In this document: one piece after another, positions 37,063 to 47,054 of the stretch
Layout of the letters: the number at the start of each line of letters is the position of its first letter
Position numbering within the stretch: the stretch's first letter is position 1
From: Candidatus Nealsonbacteria bacterium
Lineage (GTDB): Bacteria; Patescibacteriota; Minisyncoccia; Minisyncoccales; JANBVM01
Direction: 5' to 3'
Assembly (NCBI GenBank): GCA_047456315.1
Contig: CP179889.1
Location: forward strand, 56,966-120,965
Length of the DNA: 64,000 nucleotides
The notes under the pieces: generated by a model
Database searches by the model: none
What the model saw: the letters and a program-made list of their open reading frames with translations, nothing else
What the model was told of the DNA's origin: nothing
Made by a program: the position numbers and the translations under genes

Positions 37063-38016
37063 TCATTCTATTCTAACCCCTTCAGCTAGAATCTTTGCTT
37101 TAATTATGACGCCTCCTGTCTTTTCTATCGCTTTTTCTACATTATGAAAATTTTCTTTACTAGTTATAGCAATCATACAATCCCCTCCACCAGCTCCTGA
37201 TAGTTTAGCACCATAAGCACCAGCATCTAAAGCTGCTTTTATTAAACCCTCAAGCTCTTTAGAACTAACATCAAGTTTTCTTAAAAAATCCTGGTTTAAA
37301 TTCATAAGTTTTCCAACTTGTTTCCAATTTTCAGTTTTCAATTCATTTCTTGCCAAATTCACAATATTTTCAATCTCATTAAAAATATTATTTATTTTAT
37401 CAGGGTCTTTTGACTTTTTCTCAGAAACCATTTTCACTAAAGTTGGCGTATCAGCTTTAATACCAGTATAACCAATAACTAAAGGAATGCTTTTAATATC
37501 AATAGGTTTAATAATTTCCCCGCCTGTTTTAAAAAATAAGATTCCTCCATAAACTGCAGCTGCCACATCAAACCCTGAGCCCAATCCCTGAACATCTAAA
37601 ACAGTCTTATATGAAAGATTAAAGATTTCTTTTTCATTCATCTTTATCTTAAATAACTCTGATAGTCCTTTAATAGCTGCCACAACCACAGCAGAAGAAC
37701 TACCCAGACCAATCTTATCTGAAAATTCACTTTTAGTTTTAATATCCAGGCCGGATTTAACATCATATTTTTTAAAAAAATTCCTTATGGCAGTTAAAAT
37801 AAAGCTCACCTTTTTAAGATGAGTTTTTTCTAAATCAGATATATTTTTATTCTCAATATTAAGCTCTGGTGCATCTAGAATAAGGTTGTTGTCATTTCTT
37901 TTTTCAATAGAAACACTAATTCTATGCTCAACAGAAGCCACAATACATGGCTTATTATAAATAACAGCGTGTTCACCAAATAGCATTAGTTTTCCTGGTG
38001 CTGAAGTTTTAATCAT
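37063..38016 (-). CDS. mvk: mevalonate kinase (GHMP kinase)
   Basis: APGKLMLFGEHAVIYNKP and the GHMP motif GLGSSSAVVVA. Confidence 0.85.
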   Translation of the reverse strand: MIKTSAPGKLMLFGEHAVIYNKPCIVASVEHRISVSIEKRNDNNLILDAPELNIENKNISDLEKTHLKKVSFILTAIRNFFKKYDVKSGLDIKTKSEFSDKIGLGSSSAVVVAAIKGLSELFKIKMNEKEIFNLSYKTVLDVQGLGSGFDVAAAVYGGILFFKTGGEIIKPIDIKSIPLVIGYTGIKADTPTLVKMVSEKKSKDPDKINNIFNEIENIVNLARNELKTENWKQVGKLMNLNQDFLRKLDVSSKELEGLIKAALDAGAYGAKLSGAGGGDCMIAITSKENFHNVEKAIEKTGGVIIKAKILAEGVRIE

Positions 38017-38017
38017 C

Positions 38018-39010
38018 TTAAAACAAATGTTTCTTAATTAATTCTGGACCTTGTCCGGGCTTACAAATAATAACTTGTTTTACACCATTAAGAGATTGCA
38101 GTCTCTTTTTAACTTCTTCAGCCTGATTTTCTAAACAAATAACCTTAACCTGAGGGCCAGCGTCTATAGTAAAATAACACTCTAAACCTTGTTCTCTCCA
38201 TTCTAATATTGAGTGTATTATTTTTAATGTTACTGGATGCCAATAAATTATTGGAGGATTTGTTGTAATCATTGTTGAATGCATTTTTAAGCAATTCATC
38301 TCAGCTGTGCTTCCAACCAGAGTAATGTCTTTTTTAAGAATGCCTTGCTTTACGTTATCTAAATCTCTTTCTATTGTATTAAGCCAGGATTTATACATAG
38401 GTGAAGTTTCAACAGTTTTAGCCATGCCAGCACGGCTGGAAACTTTCTTGGCTTTAGTTGAAACAATAGTGACAATCATTCGAAATTCTGGCCAATAATC
38501 AGCGAGAGCAATTTGTTTAGCGTAACTGTCAGTCCCGTTTCGTTTTTCTCCTTTAACCCACTCTACAAATCCCTCTAAACAGCTTCTCGTAGAGGAACCG
38601 CTTCCCTGACGAGAAACAATAGATAATTCCTTTGAATCTAAATTCATTCCAAGTGCTTTTGTTGCAGCAAGGGTTAGGGCTGCAAAGCCTGAAGCTGAGC
38701 TTGCCAATCCTGCTGCTGTTGGAAAATTGTTTTTGCTGACAATTCTTGCTTTTTTATTAACTCCTGCTATTTTTTTGATTAAATCCAGATGACGGATTAA
38801 CTTTTCCAGTTCTTTCCCTTTTTTGATTTCCTGACCATCTAGAATAAAAACATCTTGGTCATATCCATTAAACTCAACGGTTGTAATAGTGCTTAATCCA
38901 TCCAAAGTCAAAGAAATAGAGCTGTTATAAGGCAAGAATAGTTCTGGATCTCTTTTGCCCCAGTATTTTACAAGAGCAATATTGGCATTAGCTATAGCTG
39001 TTTTTTTCAT
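38018..39010 (-). CDS. mvaD: diphosphomevalonate decarboxylase
   Basis: NIALVKYWGKRD...PTAAGLASSASGFAALTLA matches MVD family motifs. Confidence 0.88.
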   Translation of the reverse strand: MKKTAIANANIALVKYWGKRDPELFLPYNSSISLTLDGLSTITTVEFNGYDQDVFILDGQEIKKGKELEKLIRHLDLIKKIAGVNKKARIVSKNNFPTAAGLASSASGFAALTLAATKALGMNLDSKELSIVSRQGSGSSTRSCLEGFVEWVKGEKRNGTDSYAKQIALADYWPEFRMIVTIVSTKAKKVSSRAGMAKTVETSPMYKSWLNTIERDLDNVKQGILKKDITLVGSTAEMNCLKMHSTMITTNPPIIYWHPVTLKIIHSILEWREQGLECYFTIDAGPQVKVICLENQAEEVKKRLQSLNGVKQVIICKPGQGPELIKKHLF

Positions 39011-40020
39011 ATAATCTCAACTCCTTTTACTCCAATTTTTGCCTGGAAAGACTTAAAACCATTGTTCCTGAAAACATTTTTTAAGTTAAGTATGCTTTCT
39101 TTATCTTTTGTCAAAATCAAGCAGCACCCTCCGCCCCAGGCCCCGGTTGGCTTGACTCCCAGGGCATTGTTTTCTAAAGCAATCTCAACTATTTTATCTA
39201 GTTCGGGAATTGAAATATCTAACTTTTTTAACTCTTTGTAATACTGCGTCATTAAAACGCCCAAATCATTTAAGTTTTTTGAAATTAAAACATTTAAAGC
39301 TTTTTTTGAAATATCATCTAAAGAATTCAAAACAGAATTAACAAACCGAGGATTTTCTTCTCTTTGTTTTCTAACAAAAGAAACCATCTCAGATGTTTTA
39401 ACTTTTTTATCACTATCAACTATTAACAAGGGAATTTCAAAGTTAATTGTTAAAGGATCCACGCCTTCTGACTTTTTATACTTTACATAGCCCCCAAAAG
39501 TAACAGCATTATTATCAATACCAGAAGGAGTGCCTCCGTGAGCTATTACATCGCCCTGGTAGGCAAAATCAGAAACATCTGTTTTAGAAAAATCTTTTGT
39601 TAAATAGTTTAGCGCTCCTAAACTAATGGCTGAGAAAACTGATGAGCTTGAGCCTAAGTTCTTGGGCACTTGAGAATTAATTTCAATATCTAAACCCTTA
39701 AATCCATGTTTTTGAAAAATACTGCTGAGAACAAAAAAGCTTGGAATTAATTCATTGTCCTTATAAATTTCTTTTATTTTATCAAAGTTCTTTTCTTTTA
39801 TGAGAACGCTTATTTCTTTATATAAGTCAAAAAGCTCTTTTTCTTTTAAAGAGCGGTTCATATTCAAGTTTTTGGAATTTATTAAAACTACTCCCTTATC
39901 AGAAAGAGAAAACCTTACATTGCACCTTTTATCAATGCTACAAGCAATGCCTAGTTTATCATAAACAACTGCATGTTCTCCAAACAGAATGATTTTACCC
40001 GGAGAAGATGTAGTTATCAT
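39007..40020 (-). CDS. GHMP-family kinase, probable phosphomevalonate kinase (second mevalonate-pathway kinase)
   Basis: SPGKIILFGEHAVVYDK and GHMP motif PKNLGSSSSVFSAISLGA; overlaps the mvaD start by 4 nt (operon). Confidence 0.7.
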   Translation of the reverse strand: MITTSSPGKIILFGEHAVVYDKLGIACSIDKRCNVRFSLSDKGVVLINSKNLNMNRSLKEKELFDLYKEISVLIKEKNFDKIKEIYKDNELIPSFFVLSSIFQKHGFKGLDIEINSQVPKNLGSSSSVFSAISLGALNYLTKDFSKTDVSDFAYQGDVIAHGGTPSGIDNNAVTFGGYVKYKKSEGVDPLTINFEIPLLIVDSDKKVKTSEMVSFVRKQREENPRFVNSVLNSLDDISKKALNVLISKNLNDLGVLMTQYYKELKKLDISIPELDKIVEIALENNALGVKPTGAWGGGCCLILTKDKESILNLKNVFRNNGFKSFQAKIGVKGVEII

Positions 40021-40040
40021 TCTTAAAGATTATCAATAAT

Positions 40041-40790
40041 TCAAAATAATGCAAACCTGGCTTCAAGAAAAGATTCCACCTCTAAAGCAACATTGTCCCA
40101 GCTATAATAATGACCAGGCAGATAAAGGGCTTCTGAAAAAGAAAGTTCTTCTCGTAAAATCTGAGCTGAAATCCATTTGCAAGGTGATTTCAAAAAAGCG
40201 GAAATCAGTATCTTTAAATTCATCTCAGAAAGAGCATCTTTGCCTTTATTGTTGAGCAAAAGAACATTGTCAGAATCTAAAACCTTTTCCCAGAAAGGAG
40301 TGCCCACTTCAACAGCAAAAACACTGTTCCTTTGATTTTCTGAAACCTTCATTATTGTTCTGTTAACAAATATTGCTCCATTTGAGAGCCCAGCCATAAT
40401 TATCTTATTCTCAGGATGACTCTTTATAAACACCTCAATCTCATTAGCTAGTTTTTGAGACTGCTTGGGAAATAAGCTCAATGTTTCCCTAACTCCCTCA
40501 ACTCTGCCTAAAAAACTCTCTTTGGTTCTTGTGTAAGGAACAACTATTGAATTGTATCCTAAATGACTTAAGGTCTCTTGAATACCATCAATAATTGGAG
40601 TAAGGTCGCTGGCCTCTTCTGGAGGCGTATCTCCCCAGCCGCCAGAGTTAAAAATAATAACTATATTATTTTCTGAAATTGAACTTAAAGCAGCTTCAAA
40701 CCTTGAATTATCAGGAACTTCCCCTAATAGAAAAAACAATCCTGTTAAAAGGATTATGAAGGTAATTAATTTTGTATTTTTTCTGTTCAT
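40041..40790 (-). CDS. hypothetical secreted protein (possible alpha/beta-fold)
   Basis: 249 aa with a signal peptide. Confidence 0.45.
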   Translation of the reverse strand: MNRKNTKLITFIILLTGLFFLLGEVPDNSRFEAALSSISENNIVIIFNSGGWGDTPPEEASDLTPIIDGIQETLSHLGYNSIVVPYTRTKESFLGRVEGVRETLSLFPKQSQKLANEIEVFIKSHPENKIIMAGLSNGAIFVNRTIMKVSENQRNSVFAVEVGTPFWEKVLDSDNVLLLNNKGKDALSEMNLKILISAFLKSPCKWISAQILREELSFSEALYLPGHYYSWDNVALEVESFLEARFALF

Positions 40791-40793
40791 TGG

Positions 40794-42104
40794 TTATTTA
40801 TAGAACTTTTTTTTCATTTCGTCCATAAGCTTAAAATTTGTTTCATTATCAGAAATCTCAAAAGCCCATTCCCAGATTGGAGCGGCAGAAAATTTCTTAT
40901 TCTTTTTCTCGTATATAAGAGCCTGGAGTAAAACTGCCATAACGTTTAATTGTGAGAGAAAACGACCCTCAACAGTGCTTTTGGTCCTATATTCATGCCA
41001 AAGGTTAAATATCTCTTTTCTGGAAGGACCTCTTAATCTCAAACTAAGCCTTTTAAAAGCTTTTTTTTCTTTTTTAAAATCTTCAATATACTTTCTCATC
41101 TTTTCTTTTTTTGAAAGCCGTGGCCATTTTTTCAGAATCTTTTTTTCTTTTCCTTTTGATTTACTTAGAATCCTATCGTAAGGAGTTGAATCGCCGGTGT
41201 AAACAGCAGAAATCTCATGGATTAAAGCCATTTTAAGAAGTTTCTCTGTATTATAGGTTCTTTTTTTAGGGCTTCCAAAAAGCCAAGCCATTAAACTCAG
41301 TGTAAAAATATGCTCTGCAACTGTTTCAGGATTTTTCACATCTCTAACTGTCCAGTATAAACGAGGCATATGTTTTAACTTTCCTATCTCTAAAAGAAAA
41401 TCTAAAATACGTATCAATTCTTTTTCTCTTTTTTTAAAATATTTTGAAACTTTAACTTTTTCTCCAAAAACTCTTCTATAGCGACGATAAAGCCTTCTTT
41501 TAATGACAGCCAAGAAATCTAAAAGCAAAGGGTCTTCCACTACTTCTTCAGTCCCTTCCCACCAACTATCTCCTCCTATGCTCTTATCGCTCCCGAAGTA
41601 TTCAATTGACTGAAGAAGAGTTTCGATTCTGTCTAACTGTCTAACAAATTTTGCCTCTTTACTTATCCTTTTTTCATTATCATACCAATGAGAATAAAGT
41701 TCATTTCTTAATTTTGTTTCAAGGGAGCCAGTTAATTTTAAAAAAGCTTTTTTTTCTCTCCTGAATTTTACCTTCTCTCTTTTTTCTTTTTCATTTTTTG
41801 AAAGACGCACCCATTTCATTAATAACTCTTTATCTTTTTTCTTTTTCACGGAAAGTCCTTGATAATAACCAAAAGGAGTGATATCTCCAGTATAAACTTC
41901 AGCAAGTTCATGAAAAAGAGCAATTTTAATTGCTCTTTCTACGTTTAATCCGGCTTTTTCACCCATTAACCAAGCAGTAACTGCAACCCGAAAAGTATGA
42001 CCTGCAATTGATTCTGGATTCTTAACCCCCAGTAAAACCCAACCGGTTCGAGGCATTTCTTTTAATTTATTCACCTCAGTTAAAAATTTGAGAGTATTTT
42101 TCAT
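40794..42104 (-). CDS. tandem HD-domain phosphohydrolase (two YfbR-like 5'-deoxynucleotidase-type HD domains)
   Basis: Two repeats of the H...HD...D pattern: AGHTFRVA...LFHELAEVYTGDITP and AEHIFTLS...LIHEISAVYTGDSTP. Confidence 0.7.
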   Translation of the reverse strand: MKNTLKFLTEVNKLKEMPRTGWVLLGVKNPESIAGHTFRVAVTAWLMGEKAGLNVERAIKIALFHELAEVYTGDITPFGYYQGLSVKKKKDKELLMKWVRLSKNEKEKREKVKFRREKKAFLKLTGSLETKLRNELYSHWYDNEKRISKEAKFVRQLDRIETLLQSIEYFGSDKSIGGDSWWEGTEEVVEDPLLLDFLAVIKRRLYRRYRRVFGEKVKVSKYFKKREKELIRILDFLLEIGKLKHMPRLYWTVRDVKNPETVAEHIFTLSLMAWLFGSPKKRTYNTEKLLKMALIHEISAVYTGDSTPYDRILSKSKGKEKKILKKWPRLSKKEKMRKYIEDFKKEKKAFKRLSLRLRGPSRKEIFNLWHEYRTKSTVEGRFLSQLNVMAVLLQALIYEKKNKKFSAAPIWEWAFEISDNETNFKLMDEMKKKFYK

Positions 42105-42107
42105 GAG

Positions 42108-42581
42108 CTAAAATGAAAAATATTTAATTTTTTTAATTTTATAGGCTATTTCAATAGGCGAAGTAACTTCTATCGTTTCATTGACCTTATGTCCCAATAA
42201 AATTTTCCCTATTGGAGATGATGAAGAAATCTTGCCTTCGTTGGGATTGGCTTCTAGCGTGCCAACAATTGTAAACTCATTAATCTCGCCATCAGCTTCC
42301 TCTAAGGTAACTGTTGCCCCTAAATGAACAATATTGCGCTGGTTTTTTGGAGGCAGTTTAATCAACTCAATATTCTTTAAAACATGTTCTAATTCAACAA
42401 TTCTACTTTCTAAAAAACTCAAATCTTCCCGAAAGACAATGAATTCAGGATTTAGATCATCAGACTGCAAAAGCTGAGGAGATTCTCCTTTTGTTTTTGC
42501 CATTCTGATTCTTTTCAAATTTTCGTATTCTTTCTTTACTCTATCTATTCCTTTTTTTGTTAGATAGTATTTTTTTAGCAT
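42108..42581 (-). CDS. greA: transcription elongation factor GreA family
   Basis: N-terminal coiled-coil and a C-terminal FKBP-like domain (ISSSSPIGKILLGHKVNETIEV). Confidence 0.75.
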   Translation of the reverse strand: MLKKYYLTKKGIDRVKKEYENLKRIRMAKTKGESPQLLQSDDLNPEFIVFREDLSFLESRIVELEHVLKNIELIKLPPKNQRNIVHLGATVTLEEADGEINEFTIVGTLEANPNEGKISSSSPIGKILLGHKVNETIEVTSPIEIAYKIKKIKYFSF

Positions 42582-42840
42582 ATGAACGTTAAAAGGCCTC
42601 ATGTTTTAGAGGCCCAGTAGATTTCTTTTATTTTTCAAATTCAGACCCTCGTCATTCTACTGAACCCGTCTTTGTTCTTGTTTTATAAATTGTAGTTAAA
42701 AAACAAATTACAAAATCAACAGAAAAAATGGTCTTAAAAATAAAAGGATTCAGTTTTTTTCTTTTAACCATAGTAATTTAACACTTTTATTATAGACAGA
42801 TAAAAACCTGTGTCAAGAACTCTTGTCTATATTCAAATAA

Positions 42841-43815
42841 TTAACTTGATTCTTCGCCTGTCAGATTTGACCACTTACCGCATCTGTCTCCCCAACGAGC
42901 AATAACTTTTCCATCTATTCTTGCCTCAATAACTTCGCATTGATTAGGACAGCCCTTACAATCAAAAGAAGTGCATTTAATATCCTTGTCAGAAATCTCA
43001 AAACCCAAGAATTTTGTTATTGATGGAGGATTCTCCTTAACTAAGAGAGCAACTCCAAAAGCTCCCATCACAGTATTGTATTCTGGAACAACAATCTTCT
43101 TTTCTAGAGCGTTTTCAAATGCTTTTCTCATTCCTATGTTCTCAGAAACTCCTCCTAAGAATATAACTGGGTCTTTGATATTCTTGCCCTTAGCTACATT
43201 AGCTAAAAAGTTTCTAGCCAAACCCTGACAAAGACCTGCTACAATATCTTCTATTTTATGACCAATCTGTTGTTTATGAATCATATCTGATTCGCAAAAC
43301 ACCGTACATCTCGAGCCGATAGTGGTTGGGTTTTCTGAACTCAAGGCCAGGCTCCCAAATTTTTCAATTGGGATTTTCAGTCGAAATGCCTGAGCATCAA
43401 GAAAGGATCCTGTACCCGCTGCACAAACGAGATTCATAGCAAAATCAACTGCTACTTTATCTTCTAAAATAATAATTTTTGAATCCTGTCCGCCAATTTC
43501 AATTATGGTTCTAGCATCAGGAACAATAAAAGAAGTTCCTTTGGCATGAGCAGTAATTTCATTTTTTATCAAGTCAGCGCCTGTTATTACGCCAGATAAA
43601 TGCCTGGCTGAACCTGTTGTCCCTACTCCAGCAATCTCAACTTCTAATTGACCTTGTTTAATTTTAGCCTTTAATCCTCTTAAACCTTCCTGAACAGCAG
43701 TAATTGGGTTTCCTTTTGTACGAAGATAAGAAGAGTAGATGATCTTGCTCTTATCATTAATTAAAACTATTTTCGTGGAGATAGAGCCCACATCAATACC
43801 TAAATATGTTTTCAT
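42841..43815 (-). CDS. BadF/BadG/BcrA/BcrD (HgdC-type) ATPase, 'CoA-substrate-specific enzyme activase'
   Basis: MKTYLGIDVGSISTKIVL, GVGTTGSARH, and a C-terminal Cys pair typical of the [4Fe-4S]-bridging activase. Confidence 0.75.
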   Translation of the reverse strand: MKTYLGIDVGSISTKIVLINDKSKIIYSSYLRTKGNPITAVQEGLRGLKAKIKQGQLEVEIAGVGTTGSARHLSGVITGADLIKNEITAHAKGTSFIVPDARTIIEIGGQDSKIIILEDKVAVDFAMNLVCAAGTGSFLDAQAFRLKIPIEKFGSLALSSENPTTIGSRCTVFCESDMIHKQQIGHKIEDIVAGLCQGLARNFLANVAKGKNIKDPVIFLGGVSENIGMRKAFENALEKKIVVPEYNTVMGAFGVALLVKENPPSITKFLGFEISDKDIKCTSFDCKGCPNQCEVIEARIDGKVIARWGDRCGKWSNLTGEESS

Positions 43816-44915
43816 GCTTTCTTGTTTTTAAAATAATTCAATATTACATCAACAAAAGCTTCAAGACGGGTATTAATTCCAGCCTCAGCCACTTGTTCAT
43901 CTATTGATAATGAGAGAAATGGAATTCCTTTTTCTTTATGAATCTTTTCCAGAATTGGTCTGACAGTAACCTCAGGCATGCAAGCCATTGGCAGTATCTG
44001 GATTACTCCGTCAAATCCCTTCTCGCAGTAATCAAGCATTTCATAGATTGCATCTCTTCCATGGCCCCCAACAGTTGATTTTAAATATGGATTTATTTTC
44101 TTTTGAATTATCCAATCTTTCCAGGGAAAAAGTATTTTTTTTAAATGATAACTGAGATCCATTTGCCTGTGAACTTCTATTCCCTCCAAACCAAGCTTTC
44201 TTTCAGTTTCAAAATTAATAGCTGGGTCACAAACCGTATAAATCTCTCCTATTAAAGCTATTCTTGGCAATATTTTGCTTTTATCAAGCTTAACTTTAGA
44301 AAATCTCCTTAAAATCTCCCTCTTTATCCCATTAAAATCTTTCTGATCTTTTAAATTTTCAAGCTCAAGAAACGACCATAAAAGAATCTTATCAGTTTTA
44401 CCTTTTTTAATTTCCCTTGGTCTATAATACTGACATTTTCTTTCTAATCCTTCAATTAAGTTTAGTTTTTTAAAGAAAAACACTGCTACTTTAAATAATT
44501 CCCAGGAAGAGACACCAGATATTTTTTTTAGTTTTGTGAAAATATCTTTAGCGCTTGTTCTTAAATCTATAAAATCAACCTCCCAGCCAGCTTCCTTTAA
44601 GATTTTGCGTTGAATTGCTCCATAATATCTCTGACGACAAGAACCACCAACATTCTGCACCATAAAAACAGTATTAGCTCCTTTTTTTAAAGCAGGCAAA
44701 TAACTGCCGACAGTAGCCTTCATTGGAAAACAAAACATCTCTGGCGTTAATTTAGAGCCCTCAATAATTGTTGATGGATTTGCCTTTTCAGGGGGAATAA
44801 CTTCCAGGCCTAATTGCCTCAGTAAAGAAGCAAAAGCAATACTATAGTTTCCCCAACGGGCAAAAGTGACTATTGGTTTTTTCATAATTTTAAATTGAAG
44901 AGATTGTATCAACAA
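43812..44915 (-). CDS. uncharacterised activase-partner protein (2-hydroxyacyl-CoA dehydratase-like / DUF2229-like)
   Basis: 367 aa; C-terminal IDEQVAEAGINTRLEAFVDVI motif shared with the next ORF; 4-nt overlap with the activase gene. Confidence 0.5.
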   Translation of the reverse strand: MLIQSLQFKIMKKPIVTFARWGNYSIAFASLLRQLGLEVIPPEKANPSTIIEGSKLTPEMFCFPMKATVGSYLPALKKGANTVFMVQNVGGSCRQRYYGAIQRKILKEAGWEVDFIDLRTSAKDIFTKLKKISGVSSWELFKVAVFFFKKLNLIEGLERKCQYYRPREIKKGKTDKILLWSFLELENLKDQKDFNGIKREILRRFSKVKLDKSKILPRIALIGEIYTVCDPAINFETERKLGLEGIEVHRQMDLSYHLKKILFPWKDWIIQKKINPYLKSTVGGHGRDAIYEMLDYCEKGFDGVIQILPMACMPEVTVRPILEKIHKEKGIPFLSLSIDEQVAEAGINTRLEAFVDVILNYFKNKKA

Positions 44916-45804
44916 AAGCTTCTAACCTCGTTTGAAGCCCTGCCTCTCCGGTATGTTCATCAATAATAATATATAAAAAGGGAATTTTCTTTGTTTTAAA
45001 TTCTTTTTCAACAATCTCTTTTAATACTGAATCACAACCACACTGAAAAGAAGATAGCTGAATAGCTCCAATAATATCATATTGAAAAATCTTTCTTATT
45101 TTTTCAATTATCTCATTTCCGAATTCCCAATGAAAATCTATTAAAAAAGGTTCCTCATTTTTAACTGTTTGGGTTAAATCAGAGCTTTTAAGCTCAACCT
45201 CATCTATGAATATTGACTCCACTCCTAATTTCTCTAATTTTTCTTTTGTCCTCAGATTAACATAATCATCGTAAAGATTATATGGGTGAGATATTAAAAC
45301 AATTTTTTGTTTTTTTGAAGACATCTTTTTAAAAAAATCTTGCTGCTCTTTCTTTTTTAATTCTTCTTCTTTTAAATTGGCTGTTTTAAACGCCTTGCTG
45401 ACTTGTTGGCTGTTTTTCTTTAATTTTCTTCCTAATTTTCTAATGCTCTTCTCAAATGATTCTTTTTTCTCATCAAAGGTCTTGGTTAAAATCGGGGTCT
45501 TTACCAGAATTTTTGCTAAGTCAGGCAGAGCAAAAAACTTAGGGCAGTATTCAAGTTTTTCTTTATTGGTTTTCAATCTTGGAACAAAAATTAAATCACA
45601 TTTTTCATCAAGCCACAATAAGTGGCCCCAATAAACCTTATTTGAAAAACAGGTTTCAGGATCAGCAACCTTTATTCCTTCTTCAACAATTCGTTTATTT
45701 GTTAAAGGAGAAAGCAAAATTTCAAAACCAAGCTCCTTAAAAAAGGTCTCCCAGAAGTATGGTCTTTTAAAATAGATTAAAGCTCGAGGAATGCCTATTT
45801 TCAT
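44890..45804 (-). CDS. uncharacterised activase-partner protein (paralog of the 43812-44915 product)
   Basis: 304 aa; C-terminal IDEHTGEAGLQTRLEAFVDTI. Confidence 0.5.
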   Translation of the reverse strand: MKIGIPRALIYFKRPYFWETFFKELGFEILLSPLTNKRIVEEGIKVADPETCFSNKVYWGHLLWLDEKCDLIFVPRLKTNKEKLEYCPKFFALPDLAKILVKTPILTKTFDEKKESFEKSIRKLGRKLKKNSQQVSKAFKTANLKEEELKKKEQQDFFKKMSSKKQKIVLISHPYNLYDDYVNLRTKEKLEKLGVESIFIDEVELKSSDLTQTVKNEEPFLIDFHWEFGNEIIEKIRKIFQYDIIGAIQLSSFQCGCDSVLKEIVEKEFKTKKIPFLYIIIDEHTGEAGLQTRLEAFVDTISSI

Positions 45805-45806
45805 AA

Positions 45807-47054
45807 TTAAAAAAGTGTTGTCTGTTTTGATGTTTTTTTTGGCTCTTGTTGGGAAAAAATCCTTACTGTTCCATAAACACCGTCATAACCCGGCTCAATA
45901 AAAACTTTCCCTTCTTTTACTCTTAATATTCCTTCAGCAATTTCAGACCCAGCAACTTCTTCTATATCTTTTTGAGAAACATCAAGTAAAATATTAAGCT
46001 CGCTGCCAAGCTTTTCTATCAAATTATTATACCCTTGTTCAACTTTTTTGGAAGCAACTGTAAATCCTAAAGATTCAGCAATTATCTCTCTTAACGGAAC
46101 CAAACTTTTAAAAGGAATTACGTTGTCTGGCTTAAATCCTTCTGGTTTCACTGATATATCTTCAATTCTATTTAAAACCCCAACTGTTAAAGGTTTACCA
46201 CAGTTAGGACAAATATTATTATATTTCTTTGTTTCACTCGGTGAAAGCCTAATTTGACAAGCCCGATGGCCATCAAAATGGTATTTTCCTTCCTGAGGAA
46301 AGAATTCAATTGTATAAAGAAATTTTTTCTTGTCTTTTGATTTTATAACTTCAAAAATAGCTGGGTAGCTTAACTCTGTATCAAAAACATTTGCTTCTCT
46401 TCCTATCTTCTCGGGCGAATGGGCATCTGAATTTGAGATAAGTGTTAATCTTTGACCTTCAGGTGTGCGCCAAAGCATTGAAGGATTAGCAGAAAGCCCG
46501 GTTTCCAATGCATAAATATGTTTTGTATATTCTTCAAAACACTCTTCAATTGAATCAAATCCTGATTTTGAACCAAATAAAGAAAACCAGGGAGTCATCA
46601 CATGAGCTGGGATAACCAAACATTCTTCTGAAACATCTAAAACAATCTTTGCCAATTCTTTTGCGTCTAATCCTAAAATTGGTCTGCCATCAGCTTTCAG
46701 GTTTCCAATAAAATCCAGATGGCTATTAATCTTTTCAACAATCTTAAAAGAAGGAGCAAGAATAACAATATGAACTTTTCTAACCCTGCCTTTCTTTGAA
46801 TAAATGCAACTAATTTCAGCAGTTAAGATAAACCTAATTCCTTTATTGTTGTTTTTAATCTTAAAAAGCCCGCTTTCAGCAGGTTCTAATTTTTCTTTTA
46901 ATTCTTTGAGCCAAACAGGATGAGTAAAATCACCTGTGCCTAAAACATTGATTCCTTTAATTCGTCCCCACTTATCAAGATTTTCCAAGTCCATTCGGGG
47001 AGAAGTGGCTCGTGAGAATTTGGAATGTAAATGAAAATCAGCAACAAATTTCAT
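45807..47054 (-). CDS. PHP-domain Zn-ribbon protein, endonuclease Q (EndoQ)-like
   Basis: N-terminal ADFHLHSKFSRATS (PHP metal site) and a C-terminal CPNCGKPL zinc ribbon. Its ~415 aa length matches EndoQ/TIGR00375-type proteins. Confidence 0.55.
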   Translation of the reverse strand: MKFVADFHLHSKFSRATSPRMDLENLDKWGRIKGINVLGTGDFTHPVWLKELKEKLEPAESGLFKIKNNNKGIRFILTAEISCIYSKKGRVRKVHIVILAPSFKIVEKINSHLDFIGNLKADGRPILGLDAKELAKIVLDVSEECLVIPAHVMTPWFSLFGSKSGFDSIEECFEEYTKHIYALETGLSANPSMLWRTPEGQRLTLISNSDAHSPEKIGREANVFDTELSYPAIFEVIKSKDKKKFLYTIEFFPQEGKYHFDGHRACQIRLSPSETKKYNNICPNCGKPLTVGVLNRIEDISVKPEGFKPDNVIPFKSLVPLREIIAESLGFTVASKKVEQGYNNLIEKLGSELNILLDVSQKDIEEVAGSEIAEGILRVKEGKVFIEPGYDGVYGTVRIFSQQEPKKTSKQTTLF

